Positions 21,805 to 32,270 of a stretch of 64,000 bases of DNA are shown here, one piece after another (positions within the stretch are counted from its first letter, which is position 1; each line of letters begins with the position of its first letter). Both the position numbers and the translations under genes were made by a program. The notes beneath the pieces are model-generated. The model did no database searches. It saw only the letters and a list, made by a program, of their open reading frames with translations, and was not told the DNA's origin. The stretch comes from an uncultured Synechococcus sp. GTDB lineage: Bacteria > Cyanobacteriota > Cyanobacteriia > Gloeomargaritales > Gloeomargaritaceae. Location: assembly GCA_964481635.1 (NCBI GenBank), contig CAYZTU010000001.1, positions 149,669 through 213,668 of the forward strand. Direction: 5' to 3'.

Positions 21805-22259
21805 CATTGCCTGACCCAGCGGCCACGGTGCGGTGGGGGGAAGCCCTGAGCCACCTTTTGCCCGCCGGGGCGATTCTGTTGCTTCAAGGGGATTTGGGTA
21901 GCGGCAAAACCACTCTTGTCCAGGGACTCGCCCAGGGGTTGGGTATTACCGCACCCGTCACCAGCCCCACCTTTGCTCTAATCCAGGAATATCCGGAGGG
22001 GCGCATCCCCCTGTACCACTTGGATTTGTACCGGTTAGATTCGCAAGAAGTACAGCAATTGTACCCAGAATATTACTGGCAGGAAGCGGCACCGGGTATT
22101 GTGGCGATTGAGTGGCCGGAGCGGTTGCCCATGTGGCCGGCCAGTTACCTGCATTTGTGCTGGCAAAGTATGGCATCCGGGCGGCGGGTGACCCTAACGG
22201 CGCAGGGGGAGGCACCGCAAGAGTGGCTTCGGCACCTGGAGCAGGCGGCGGGAAATTAG
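21795..22259 (+). CDS. tsaE: tRNA threonylcarbamoyladenosine biosynthesis protein TsaE.
   Basis: [20 protein letters not shown]-loop and the conserved [10 protein letters not shown] motif. Confidence 0.85.
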   Translation: MVVALPDPAATVRWGEALSHLLPAGAILLLQGDLGSGKTTLVQGLAQGLGITAPVTSPTFALIQEYPEGRIPLYHLDLYRLDSQEVQQLYPEYYWQEAAPGIVAIEWPERLPMWPASYLHLCWQSMASGRRVTLTAQGEAPQEWLRHLEQAAGN

Positions 22260-22293
22260 ATTAGCATGGAGGGTACCGTCAATTTTTAAGCCC

Positions 22294-23637
22294 ATGACCG
22301 CATGGTTGGCTTGGTGGGGGAACCAATGGCGCACACTCACCCTGTGGTGGCGGAGTTTGGTGCAGGTGGTGGCCGATTTGCGCCTAGCGATTGGCCTGCT
22401 GTTGGTGATTGCGGTGGCGAGTATTGCCGGTACGGTGATTGAGCAGGGAGAAACCCTAACGTTTTACCGGGAAAATTATCCAGAACATCCGGCATTATTT
22501 GGATTTTTAACTTGGCAGGTCATTCTTTTTTTAGGATTCAATCAGGTCTATCAAACCTGGTGGTATTTGAGTTTATTAATTTTATTTGGGGCGAGTTTGT
22601 TGGCCTGTACGTCTCGGCGGCAATGGCCTGCCTTGAAAGTTGCCCGTAAGTGGTACTATCACCAGCGACCGGAGCAAATTTTGCGATTGAATTTAAGTCA
22701 AGTCTGCCCGGAAATTTCTATTTCTCAGTTGGCATCTATTTTGCGTCAAAAGGGATATTGGGTGGCTACGGAAAAGGAGAAACTTTATGCCCGTAAAGGG
22801 TTGGCGGGCAAAATTGGCCCGATTGTTGTTCATGCCAGTCTGGTGGTAATTTTAATCGGGGGTTTGGTCGGAGCACTAACCGGTTTTTTGGCTCAAGAAT
22901 TAGTCCCGAGTGGGCAGGATTTTCAACTCAAGAAAGTGATTGAAGCCGGGGCATGGGTGCGGCGTTTACCGCCAGTGCAGGGGCGGGTACATCGGTTTTG
23001 GATTGACTATACAGCGGGGGGAGAGATTGACCAGTTTTACACCGATTTGGGATTGTTAAATGCTGCCGGAGAAGAAGTGACCCGCAAGACCATTCATGTG
23101 AATGAACCTTTGCGGTGGCGGGGGTTGACTTTTTACCAAACCAGTTGGGGTATTCAGGGGGTACGATTGCGCTTTAATAATAGCCCAATTTTAGAACTGC
23201 CCGTTACTCCGTTTACAGCGGGGAATGGCCGGAAATTGTGGGGAACCTGGTTACCCCTAAAACCCGATTTAAGCGAGGGGGTATCCTTGGTAATTCCTGA
23301 CCTACAGGGCTTATTTTTGCTCTACGACCAACAGGGACAATTGTTAACCACCAGCCGGGTAGGAACACCGGTACATATTGGGGGGGTGGATTTAACGCTG
23401 ACCGAATTAGTTGGCAGTACGGGTTTACAAATCAAATCTGACCCGGGTGTACCCATTGTATATTTAGGCTTTGCTGGTTTGATGTTGGGTGTGATGATGA
23501 GTTACATCTCCCATAGTCAGGTGTGGGGGTTACAAATAGAAAAACAGTTATATGTTGGGGGTAAAACCAATCGGGCGCAGGTGACTTTTGAACAGGAATT
23601 TCTCAATATCTTGCAACAATTACAAGCCAGAATATAG
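22294..23637 (+). CDS. ccsB: Cytochrome c biogenesis protein Ccs1/ResB (CcsB).
   Basis: ResB-like N-terminal TM region and a large soluble domain. Length and topology are typical of cyanobacterial Ccs1. Confidence 0.8.
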   Translation: MTAWLAWWGNQWRTLTLWWRSLVQVVADLRLAIGLLLVIAVASIAGTVIEQGETLTFYRENYPEHPALFGFLTWQVILFLGFNQVYQTWWYLSLLILFGASLLACTSRRQWPALKVARKWYYHQRPEQILRLNLSQVCPEISISQLASILRQKGYWVATEKEKLYARKGLAGKIGPIVVHASLVVILIGGLVGALTGFLAQELVPSGQDFQLKKVIEAGAWVRRLPPVQGRVHRFWIDYTAGGEIDQFYTDLGLLNAAGEEVTRKTIHVNEPLRWRGLTFYQTSWGIQGVRLRFNNSPILELPVTPFTAGNGRKLWGTWLPLKPDLSEGVSLVIPDLQGLFLLYDQQGQLLTTSRVGTPVHIGGVDLTLTELVGSTGLQIKSDPGVPIVYLGFAGLMLGVMMSYISHSQVWGLQIEKQLYVGGKTNRAQVTFEQEFLNILQQLQARI

Positions 23638-23764
23638 ACTCAAATAATTATTGAAAATTCTCTTTCACCTGCGGCACTTCCCCCCTGTTAGGAAATAAGG
23701 CTATCTCACAAAATAACGAGGTATTCGTTGGATTCTCCTAAAGTAATCATGTAGTGATCTAATT

Positions 23765-23862
23765 AGAATTTTGCATGGCGGTCACATCGCACCGCCCCGC
23801 TCTGGTTCTGGCAGACCTCTTCAATTCTTATGAATCCCATGAGATTGCTATATCAACCCCAA
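23765..23862. repeat. MITE-like repeat copy R5 (GGCGGTCAC...CCGCCCCGCTCTGGTTCTGGCAGA ... GAGATTGCTATA).
   Basis: Core and right TIR. Lies immediately 3' of the doc fragment. Confidence 0.5.
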
Positions 23863-23903
23863 TCAGAGGTAGAGAACAACCTCAAACGCACCGCCAATTG
23901 CCT

Positions 23904-24438
23904 TCAATTTTCCGCTGCATTGGGATTGTTAGCTGGTGCTATATGATGCTGTAGCCACTCCACAAATGCTTCACGTCCCAGTTCACCTGATATGATCGCC
24001 AAGACTACACGCTCTTGTTCATCCACGGAGGCGTTAATTTTCAACCTATTCAGAACTATACCAATCCTACGGCATTCGTGAGAATATAAAAACGCTGAAG
24101 AACCAAAAACGGGGCGGTGCCCTGCGACCCTTTACTGTTTGAACGTAAAAATTATTCTCATGATTCAAGTGTGATTGCTATAGAAAGGTTTCCATTGCCG
24201 CATGACCTGTACGTTTATTTCCATCTACAAATGGATGATTGATGATGATTGAGAACCCTAATGTTGTTGCTTTTTCTAGCAGGTTTGGGTACAGGTCTTG
24301 TCCACCGAATGTCATTCGGGGCTGGGCGATCGCTGATTCTAATAAACCCATATCTCGGATGCCCGATGACCCACCGGATTGTTCAAGAATTTTGCGATGT
24401 AGCTCTAATACCTCAATCATTGTCAAATAGCGAATCAT
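23904..24438 (-). pseudogene. doc: Doc (death-on-curing, Fic/Doc family) toxin gene split by a MITE insertion. N-terminal 86 codons are at 24178-24438 and the C-terminal ~50 codons at 23904-24057.
   Basis: The N fragment carries the Fic motif HPFVDGNKRTGHAAMETFL. The C fragment translates to VLNRLKINASVDEQERVVLAIISGELGREAFVEWLQHH, which continues the Doc consensus. The two are separated by MITE R6, whose CTATAG end supplies an in-frame TAG. Confidence 0.8.
24058..24184. mobile_element. MITE-like repeat copy R6 inserted in doc (TIR TATACCAATCC ... GATTGCTATAG; likely TA or CTA target duplication).
   Basis: Removing the element restores the contiguous Doc reading frame ...METFL-VLNRLKINASVDE... 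Confidence 0.75.
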
Positions 24439-24632
24439 GCTAAACGCCGATATAGTTCACTATTTTTCGCCACTACATAATCGGCGGCATTAATAAAATC
24501 GTCTTTTTGTAGACTTAGCCAATCCTCTAAACTTGCTTTCAAAAGCACTTCAGTCGCAATGCCATGTACTCTTGCTAAATTCTGTAGCCTTTGGAATTGG
24601 CTGTCTGAAAGATCAATTGTGATAGAAGCCAC
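24435..24632 (-). CDS. Putative ribbon-helix-helix-type antitoxin paired with Doc.
   Basis: 65 aa. ITIDLSDSQFQRLQNLARVHGIATEVLLKASLEDWL fits an RHH beta-alpha-alpha fold. Sits upstream of doc in the same orientation with a 4-nt ATGA overlap. Confidence 0.55.
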   Translation of the reverse strand: MASITIDLSDSQFQRLQNLARVHGIATEVLLKASLEDWLSLQKDDFINAADYVVAKNSELYRRLA

Positions 24633-24846
24633 AGCGATTACTCTCCTAGTTTTTCTGCATCAAGTTTAACACTCACGTCCAAATTAATAACCTCATTGTA
24701 CTGTCCCAGACCAAAAGCCAAGCCAGCCAACAATGGTACTAACCTAGAAGGCATGAATATATTCTTCCAAAATTGGTTGGCGGAGATGTTCTTTCACGGC
24801 ATCCAGTGTACCGAGATCGACCGGACGTTGAAGTAAATTTTTTAAA

Positions 24847-24990
24847 TATAGCAATCCCGATTTGCAAACAAAGATTCTGATAGCTTGCGTGTCGCTTTGC
24901 AACATTAGCTTGCGTGTCGCTTTGCGACATTGGCTTGCGTGTCGTAGCCATAGAATCAAGGCGGGGGCAGTGCCCCCGCGACCGCTATTC
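24847..24990. repeat. MITE-like repeat copy R7, containing a 3x tandem ~23-bp sub-repeat (agcttgcgtgtcgctttgc-aca) and a GGGGGC-AGT-GCCCCC hairpin.
   Basis: Left TIR TATAGCAATCC at 24847. Core is in reverse orientation. Abuts an orphan C-terminal gene fragment at 24744-24830. Confidence 0.6.
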
Positions 24991-25096
24991 CCGAATTAAT
25001 AGAGGTTCCCTTTAACTAAAAATTAAGGGAATCTCCCTTGCTCAAATTCTGATGATATACTGATACCGGAGTAACATTTTATTAACAACTCTTCCT

Positions 25097-28000
25097 ATGA
25101 AGTTCATTTCCTCGCTGCGTCATCTGGTTTGGTTTCCCCTGAAGGCGTTAGCGGTGCTGTTTGTCTGTCAGGTGCCGGGGCTGGCATTACCCCAGGGCGG
25201 TCAAGTCACCCAGGGAGCGGCCACGATTCAACAGGTGGGGGATACCAAGCTAAATATCAATCAATCCACTGATAGAGCCGTCATCAACTGGAATAGCTTT
25301 AGCATTGCCCCCCAGGAGTGGGTGAATTTTCAACAACCCAGCAGTACATCAGCGACGTTGAACCGAGTCACTGGAGCTACACCCTCAAGTATTGCGGGCA
25401 GATTAACCGCCAATGGGCAGGTATTTTTGGTAAACCCCAATGGCATTGCGTTTTTACCCACGGCACGGGTGGATGTGGCGGGCTTAGTCGCCAGTACGTT
25501 GAATATCCAAGATACTGACTTCATGCGGGGCGTTTTGCGCTTTGAACAAATGCCAGGGAAACCCCCTGCGAGTGTAGTCAATCAAGGTTTAATTACGGTG
25601 AAAGAAGCGGGTTTTGCGGCCTTGGTTGCTCCCGCCGTGCAGAATAGTGGCATCATTTCCGCTCGCTTGGGTAAGGTCGTTCTGGCATCGGGAACGACGG
25701 TGAGCTTGGATTTCTATGGGGATGGATTATTAAGCGTGACGGTTGACCCCACGTTGGCGGGGCAAATCACGGATATTTATGGGAATAAATTAAATTCGCT
25801 GATTGACAACCAAGGCAATATCACGGCACCGGGGGGGATAGTTACCCTGACGGCTCAGGCGGCTGGTCAGATTGTAGATCATGTGATTAATGTTGGCGGG
25901 ATGATTGAGGCGAAATATGCGGAAAATCGCAATGGCGTAATTGTTCTATCCGGCGGGCAAAAGGTTACGGTTGCGGTAAATGGTGCGTTAGATGTATCGG
26001 GAATTGTATCAGGAGAGAAAGGCGGTAAAGTTACTATCACTGGGGAAAAGATTGCGCTTAATAATGGCACAACCATAGACGCTTCGGGTGATCAAGGCGG
26101 TGGGATTGTCAATATCGGGGGTAGTTTCCAGGGGAAAGGGACGCTACAGAATGCGATAGAAACGACGGTTGCCAAGGATGTCCAAATCAAAGCAGATGCC
26201 CTCACCCAGGGGAATGGGGGGGAAGTGATTGTTTGGGCGGATGGGACGACGAAATTTGAGGGTTTTGTGAGTGCCAAGGGTGGCATTATCACTGGGGATG
26301 GTGGGTTTGTCGAAATATCAGGGAAAGAAGTCTTAAATCTTGCGCCCGGTTGGTCGGGTCGGATTAACTTGAATGCCCCGGCGGGTGTGGCGGGTACTTT
26401 GCTCCTTGACCCCAATGACATTACGATTTCTGGCACAGCCGGAGCGAGTACCATTACCAATCCTGAGAATGCGACCGATTCAGGTAATCAATTATTAGAT
26501 GATGATATTGCGGCATTTTTGGGCGGTAGCAATTTAACGATTCAAACCACGGGCACAGGTGGGGTTGGCACGATCACGATCACTGGCGATGTGAATATCA
26601 CTTGGGGTACATCAAAAACCTTGACCCTCAATGCTGACCGCAATATTGTGATGAACAGTGGTGCAGTGATTCAAAATACCAATGCGGGTGCCACGCCTTT
26701 TGATGCCATAGTCTTTAATGCCAATGGTACGGGTAGCGGTAGTTTTGATGGTATTAAGCTTAACGGCAGTACCTTGGCTACTAATCGAGGCAATATTACC
26801 CTGACGGGGCAGGGCGGTGACACACTGAGCGGCAACCACGGTATCGTTCAACAGTCAGGTGCCCAAGTCAGCACGGTGGATGGCAACATTACCTATACGG
26901 GCAAGGGGGGTAGTAGCTCCGGCGGCGGTAACTTCGGGATTGATTTGAGGGATGCCACCACGAGCATTCGTACCACCGGCACTGGCAACATTACCTTAAC
27001 CGGAATAGGGGGCAGTGGCAGTGATAACAACATCGGCATTAATCAAAGCAGTAATGCCCAAGTCAGCACCATCAATGGCAATATTACCTATACGGGCACG
27101 GGGGGTAGTGGCTCCGACGGTAACTTCGGGATTTCTCTGACTGCTACGAGCATTCGCAGCACCGGCACCGGCAACATTACCTTAACCGGAACAAGCAAAG
27201 GCAATGGAGATGGTAACTCGGGCATCTACCAACAGTCCGCAGCTCAAGTCAGCACGGTGGATGGCAACATTACCTATACAGGCACGGGAGGTAATGGCAT
27301 TGACGATAACTACGGGATTGATTTGGCTGGTACGAACACAAGCATTCGCAGCACCGGCACCGGCAACATTACCTTAACCGGAAAAGGCCAAGGCACTGGA
27401 ACAAATAACTACGGCATCTATCAAATCTTTGATGCCCAAGTCAGCACGGGGGCTGGCAACATCATCTACACCGGCACCGGAGCAGGCACAGCAGATGGCA
27501 TTCGCATTGGCATTATTGGATTTGGCAGTAACGTGATTGGCTCGGCAACTACCACGGGCAATATTAGCCTAACCGCCCTGACCAATGGCCTGACACTCAA
27601 TGATGTTACGGTTCAAACGACTGGGAACCTTACCCTTTCTAGCCCAGGCAACACCAGTCAAAACAGCAGCGGTGGCCTATTCGCCAATGGTTTAGAGCTT
27701 TTAGGAACTGGTTCATTTACCCTTAGCAATGTCAACAACAACATCACCACCCTAGCGGCGGCTACCACCAATGACATTAACTACACGGATGCAAATGGGT
27801 TTGAAATTGGGACGGTGAATACCACCAATGGCGTGAATGTCAGCACAATCAAAAATCTCACCTTGAAAGCCGGTGGAGCAGTTACGCAAACCCAGAAGAT
27901 TACGGCGGGTGGGTTGGAACTCAAGGGAACAGGTAGTTACACCCTCACTAAAAACACCAACAACATCAGTATTTTAGCGGCTAATACTACGAGTAACATC

Positions 28001-31000
28001 AGCTACACGGATACTGATTCCTTCACCGTTGGCACAGTCAATGCTACGAATGGCATTACCAACGATGGAAACTCTACCCTCACAGCGTTGAATAATGGCA
28101 CGATTACCATCAACAAAAACATCACCAACAACGACACAGGCACATCAACCATCACTGTAAATGCTGACAAAAATATCGTAGTTAATTCTGGAGTAGAAAT
28201 CAAAAATACCAGCACAAGTACCACATTTAATGCCATAGTATTTAACGCCAACACCGCCGGTACAGCGACAGGAAACTTCGCAGGGATTACACTGAGTAGT
28301 AATAGTACCTTGAAAACTAATGGTGGTGGTATCAAACTCACGGGCAAGGGCGGAGATACAGGCTCTGATAACTACGGTATTTATCAACTCAATGGAGCGC
28401 AGGTAACTACCGCAAATGGCAATATCACCTATAAAGGCACGGGGGGTAATGGACTTAATTCTAATCATGGTATTAAGTTAGAAGATTCAAATACCCTCAT
28501 CACTACCGGCACGGGTAATATTGAACTGATTGGCACAGGTAATGGCACTGGGAGTACCAACTATGGTATTCAGCAAACGGATAACGCCAAAGTAACTACC
28601 ACCAGTGGCAATATCACCTACACTGGTACAAGTAATGGAACAAGTATAAACAATTTAGGTATCTTTCAGACTACTGGTGCCCAAGTCATCAGTACGGATG
28701 GCAATATCACATTCGATGGTACAGGCGGCAATGGCACAACTGGCAATGACGGCATCTTAATAACAAGTGCTAACACGCTCATCCAAACTACAGGTAAAGG
28801 TGATATCAGCCTCACGGGTACTGGCAAGGGTTCCAACGCTGTGGGAATTGTGCAACAAACATCAGCCAAAGTAGAGACAAATCAGGGCGATATTACTTAC
28901 AAGGGTACGGGGGGCAATACTGGCTCTGATAACTACGGCATTCATCAACTTGCCGGGGCGGAAGTAGTCAGTACAAGTGGCAATATCACCTACAAAGGCA
29001 CGGGGGGTAATGGCACAGAGAATAACTATGGGATTTATTTACTTAATGATGACACCAAAATCAGTTCTAACTCAGGGGCGATTAGTCTCACCGGGATAGG
29101 AAACGGGTCAGGTGATTCTAACAACGGCATTTATCAGAAAAATGGCGCACAGGTGACGACCCAAGGCGGCAACATTACTTACACCGGTACCGGGGGGAGT
29201 GGCACAGATAATAATTACGGTATTTTTCTGAACGGTGCTAACACCAAAATCACCACAACGGGCAATGGCAAAATTGAACTCACTGGCACAAGTAATGGTG
29301 CTGGCAATGATAACTATGGCATTTTTCAACAATCATCAGCGCAGGTGACCACTACTTCGGGCAGTATTAGTTACAGAGGCACGGGGGGTAATGGGACAGA
29401 TAATAACTTTGGTGTTGTTCTGAGTGATGCGAGTACAACAATCAGTTCTGATACCGGGGCAATCTCTATCACCGGCACAGGAAAAGGGTCAGGTGATTCT
29501 AACTACGGCATTTATCAGAAAAATGACGCACAGGTAACTACCGATGGCAACATCACCTACGAAGGCACGGGTGGCAAAGGCACGAATTCAAATTTTGGTA
29601 TTTTGCTGAACGGCACTGGCACCAAAATCACCACAACGGGCAATGGCAAAATTGAACTCACTGGCACAAGTAATGGTGCTGGCAATGATAACTATGGCAT
29701 TTTTCAACAATCATCAGCGCAGGTGACCACTACTTCGGGCAGTATTAGTTACAGAGGCACGGGGGGTAATGGGACAGATAATAACTTTGGTGTTGTTCTG
29801 AGTGATGCGAGTACAACAATCAGTTCTGATACCGGGGCAATCTCTATCACCGGTACAGGAAAAGGGTCAGGTGATTCTAACTACGGCATTTATCAGAAAA
29901 ATGGCGCACAGGTGACGACCCAAGGCGGCAACATTACTTACACCGGTACCGGGGGGAGTGGCACAGATAATAATTACGGTATTTTTCTGAACGGTGCTAA
30001 CACCAAAATCAGCACTACTGGTACAGGCACTATCAACCTGACTGGTACAGCTCAGGGCACAGGTACTGGCATCATAGGCATTAGGCAACAATCGTCAGCG
30101 CAGGTGAGCAGTGTAGATGGCAATATCACCTACCAAGGCACGGGTGGCAACGGCACAAACTTTAACTATGGGATTTTGCTCTTAGATACAAACACCACTA
30201 CTAGCAGTACGGGGAAAGGCACTATCAACCTGACTGGTACAGGTCAGGGCACAGGTAGCAGCAACTTTGGCATTTATCAACTCAATGGCTCAAAAGTAAC
30301 CACCACCGATGGCAATATCATCTACCAAGGCACGGGTGGCGATGGCACAAACTTTAACTATGGGATTTTGCTCTTAGATACAAACACCACTACTAGCAGT
30401 ACGGGGAAAGGCACTATCAACCTGACTGGTACAGGTCAGGGCACAGGTAGCAGCAACTTTGGCATTTATCAACTCAATGGCGCACAAGTCAGCACCGATG
30501 ATGGCAATATCACCTACCAAGGCACGGGTGGCAATGGCACAAACTTTAACTATGGGATTTATTTGCAATCTGTCAACACCAAAATCAGCACTACCGGTAC
30601 AGGGGCGATTAATCTCACAGGTACTGGTAAAGGTTCAGGTAATGATAATTACGGTATCGCCCAATTAGGTGGACCACAGGTAACTACCACCGGTGGTAAT
30701 ATCACCTACATTGGCACGGGGGGAAATGGCACAAGCTTTAACTATGGTATTTTATTGCAGGATACTATTACCACCCTTAGCACCTCTGGTACTGGCAATA
30801 TCAACCTCACCGGCACAGGAAATGGCACTGGTAATTTTAATTATGGTATCGTGCAACAGTCTGGAGCGCAGGTAAATACCACGAAGGGAAACATCAGCTA
30901 CACAGGTACAGGCAATGGCACTGGTGCTAGTAATTTTGGTATCTACCAATTCAATGGAGCGCAGGTAAATACCACCGATGGCAATATCACCTACACCGGC

Positions 31001-32131
31001 ACGGGGGGTAAAGGTGCGGATTCAATACACACCAAAACTGGCACAAACCTAATCGGCAATAACACCACCGGTCAAATTACTTTTACTTCCACAAATAATG
31101 GCATTACTTTCAATGAACTCAAAGTAGAGACTAAGGGTAATATCATCATCACTTCCCCTGGCGATGTCAATCAGAATAACAAGGGCGGACTATTTTCTAA
31201 GGGTTTGGAATTATTAGGTGATGGCAAATTTACGCTAACAAATACAAACAATAACATCGCCATATTAGCGGCCAAGACCAATAATGAAATTCGCTATACT
31301 GATACGAGTGGGTTTGATATAGGCACTGTTAATACCATCAATGGCATCAGCACTACTGGAATTGTGGTTCTCACTGGGAATGGCACCATCACCCAAACCC
31401 AACCCATTACCACCCCAGGCTTAGCCATTTTGGGTTCTGGTGGTGCCACTTTAACTAACACCAACAATCAAATTAGTACCATTGCCGCCGATACCAGTGG
31501 GAACCTGAAAGTAATTACCCAAGGGGATTTAACGGTGGGTGTAGTCAACCCCGATGGCATTGAAAATGCGGCTAGTGTATTTCTGCAAAGCCTCACGGGA
31601 GATATTATTCTTGATGAATCTATCAATGTCACTGGTGGCATTACCCTAGTTGCAGGTAGAGATTTCATCAACAAGGTGGGTGCAGGTGCCTTAAATCTTG
31701 AAGATGGAAGATTTTTAGTTTATGCCACTAGCCCTGAGCCCACGGGAAATTTCCAAGGCTTCTCCGTCCTGAAAGGTTCTCAGCAATTTAATACCACATT
31801 CCCCCAACCCGCTCTGTTCGCAGGCAGTGGCTTTTTGTATAAAGGTTTAGCACCTATTATTCCTGGATTGCCAAGTAGTTCAGTATTCACAGAACCCGTT
31901 ACATTTGTGCTTAATTTCAATGACCGGCAGTGGCGGGATTTAACGGATTTGGGTGAAGCAGTGTTCTTCCCCGAAGCCCTATTGTGCGTGAATGTCCCCG
32001 TGAATCAAACGACGGGTTCACCGCCTTTGACTGACCCCATCATTCTGAGAAGTGAAAATCTACCTGATCTCAATATCCAATGGCAAACAGGTGAACTGCC
32101 TGAGTGTTCTTCCCCAATCGTTGCCGAATAG
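25097..32131 (+). CDS. Two-partner-secretion exoprotein (TpsA; filamentous-haemagglutinin-like). N-terminal signal peptide and TPS domain, followed by about 1400 aa of Gly/Thr/Asn-rich ~38-aa repeats.
   Basis: Conserved TPS motif NPNGIAF. Repeat unit resembles GNITYTGTGGNGTDNNYGI. Near-perfect internal DNA duplications at 29252-29520 = 29622-29890, 29140-29250 = 29890-30000, and 30130-30290 = 30320-30480. Confidence 0.85.
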   Translation: MKFISSLRHLVWFPLKALAVLFVCQVPGLALPQGGQVTQGAATIQQVGDTKLNINQSTDRAVINWNSFSIAPQEWVNFQQPSSTSATLNRVTGATPSSIAGRLTANGQVFLVNPNGIAFLPTARVDVAGLVASTLNIQDTDFMRGVLRFEQMPGKPPASVVNQGLITVKEAGFAALVAPAVQNSGIISARLGKVVLASGTTVSLDFYGDGLLSVTVDPTLAGQITDIYGNKLNSLIDNQGNITAPGGIVTLTAQAAGQIVDHVINVGGMIEAKYAENRNGVIVLSGGQKVTVAVNGALDVSGIVSGEKGGKVTITGEKIALNNGTTIDASGDQGGGIVNIGGSFQGKGTLQNAIETTVAKDVQIKADALTQGNGGEVIVWADGTTKFEGFVSAKGGIITGDGGFVEISGKEVLNLAPGWSGRINLNAPAGVAGTLLLDPNDITISGTAGASTITNPENATDSGNQLLDDDIAAFLGGSNLTIQTTGTGGVGTITITGDVNITWGTSKTLTLNADRNIVMNSGAVIQNTNAGATPFDAIVFNANGTGSGSFDGIKLNGSTLATNRGNITLTGQGGDTLSGNHGIVQQSGAQVSTVDGNITYTGKGGSSSGGGNFGIDLRDATTSIRTTGTGNITLTGIGGSGSDNNIGINQSSNAQVSTINGNITYTGTGGSGSDGNFGISLTATSIRSTGTGNITLTGTSKGNGDGNSGIYQQSAAQVSTVDGNITYTGTGGNGIDDNYGIDLAGTNTSIRSTGTGNITLTGKGQGTGTNNYGIYQIFDAQVSTGAGNIIYTGTGAGTADGIRIGIIGFGSNVIGSATTTGNISLTALTNGLTLNDVTVQTTGNLTLSSPGNTSQNSSGGLFANGLELLGTGSFTLSNVNNNITTLAAATTNDINYTDANGFEIGTVNTTNGVNVSTIKNLTLKAGGAVTQTQKITAGGLELKGTGSYTLTKNTNNISILAANTTSNISYTDTDSFTVGTVNATNGITNDGNSTLTALNNGTITINKNITNNDTGTSTITVNADKNIVVNSGVEIKNTSTSTTFNAIVFNANTAGTATGNFAGITLSSNSTLKTNGGGIKLTGKGGDTGSDNYGIYQLNGAQVTTANGNITYKGTGGNGLNSNHGIKLEDSNTLITTGTGNIELIGTGNGTGSTNYGIQQTDNAKVTTTSGNITYTGTSNGTSINNLGIFQTTGAQVISTDGNITFDGTGGNGTTGNDGILITSANTLIQTTGKGDISLTGTGKGSNAVGIVQQTSAKVETNQGDITYKGTGGNTGSDNYGIHQLAGAEVVSTSGNITYKGTGGNGTENNYGIYLLNDDTKISSNSGAISLTGIGNGSGDSNNGIYQKNGAQVTTQGGNITYTGTGGSGTDNNYGIFLNGANTKITTTGNGKIELTGTSNGAGNDNYGIFQQSSAQVTTTSGSISYRGTGGNGTDNNFGVVLSDASTTISSDTGAISITGTGKGSGDSNYGIYQKNDAQVTTDGNITYEGTGGKGTNSNFGILLNGTGTKITTTGNGKIELTGTSNGAGNDNYGIFQQSSAQVTTTSGSISYRGTGGNGTDNNFGVVLSDASTTISSDTGAISITGTGKGSGDSNYGIYQKNGAQVTTQGGNITYTGTGGSGTDNNYGIFLNGANTKISTTGTGTINLTGTAQGTGTGIIGIRQQSSAQVSSVDGNITYQGTGGNGTNFNYGILLLDTNTTTSSTGKGTINLTGTGQGTGSSNFGIYQLNGSKVTTTDGNIIYQGTGGDGTNFNYGILLLDTNTTTSSTGKGTINLTGTGQGTGSSNFGIYQLNGAQVSTDDGNITYQGTGGNGTNFNYGIYLQSVNTKISTTGTGAINLTGTGKGSGNDNYGIAQLGGPQVTTTGGNITYIGTGGNGTSFNYGILLQDTITTLSTSGTGNINLTGTGNGTGNFNYGIVQQSGAQVNTTKGNISYTGTGNGTGASNFGIYQFNGAQVNTTDGNITYTGTGGKGADSIHTKTGTNLIGNNTTGQITFTSTNNGITFNELKVETKGNIIITSPGDVNQNNKGGLFSKGLELLGDGKFTLTNTNNNIAILAAKTNNEIRYTDTSGFDIGTVNTINGISTTGIVVLTGNGTITQTQPITTPGLAILGSGGATLTNTNNQISTIAADTSGNLKVITQGDLTVGVVNPDGIENAASVFLQSLTGDIILDESINVTGGITLVAGRDFINKVGAGALNLEDGRFLVYATSPEPTGNFQGFSVLKGSQQFNTTFPQPALFAGSGFLYKGLAPIIPGLPSSSVFTEPVTFVLNFNDRQWRDLTDLGEAVFFPEALLCVNVPVNQTTGSPPLTDPIILRSENLPDLNIQWQTGELPECSSPIVAE
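26800..31050 (+). repeat. Intragenic tandem repeat array (~114-bp units) inside tpsA, with recent near-perfect duplications of 110-270 bp.
   Basis: Identical 74-aa shadow ORFs at 29108-29332 and 29867-30091. Long identical DNA stretches are visible directly. Confidence 0.8.
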
Positions 32132-32270
32132 TCGTATGTTTCTGGGAAACTGTATTAGATGCCCAGATTCTGAAGAACCCCAGAGACTACTTGCTATTTT
32201 CTTGGGCAAATTTGTTGCATACATCAATCTCTTCGAGATAATCTAACAAAGTGAGGAGTATGGAGTTAAT

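Noticed and set aside
24318-24325. HIP1 palindrome GCGATCGC.
   Set aside because: It occurs only once in the window. This genome is not HIP1-rich, so the motif does not form a repeat family here.
24744-24959. 71-aa ORF on the minus strand.
   Set aside because: Its N-terminal two thirds are MITE sequence. Only the last ~29 codons look like a genuine gene remnant, so it is reported as a fragment and not as a CDS.
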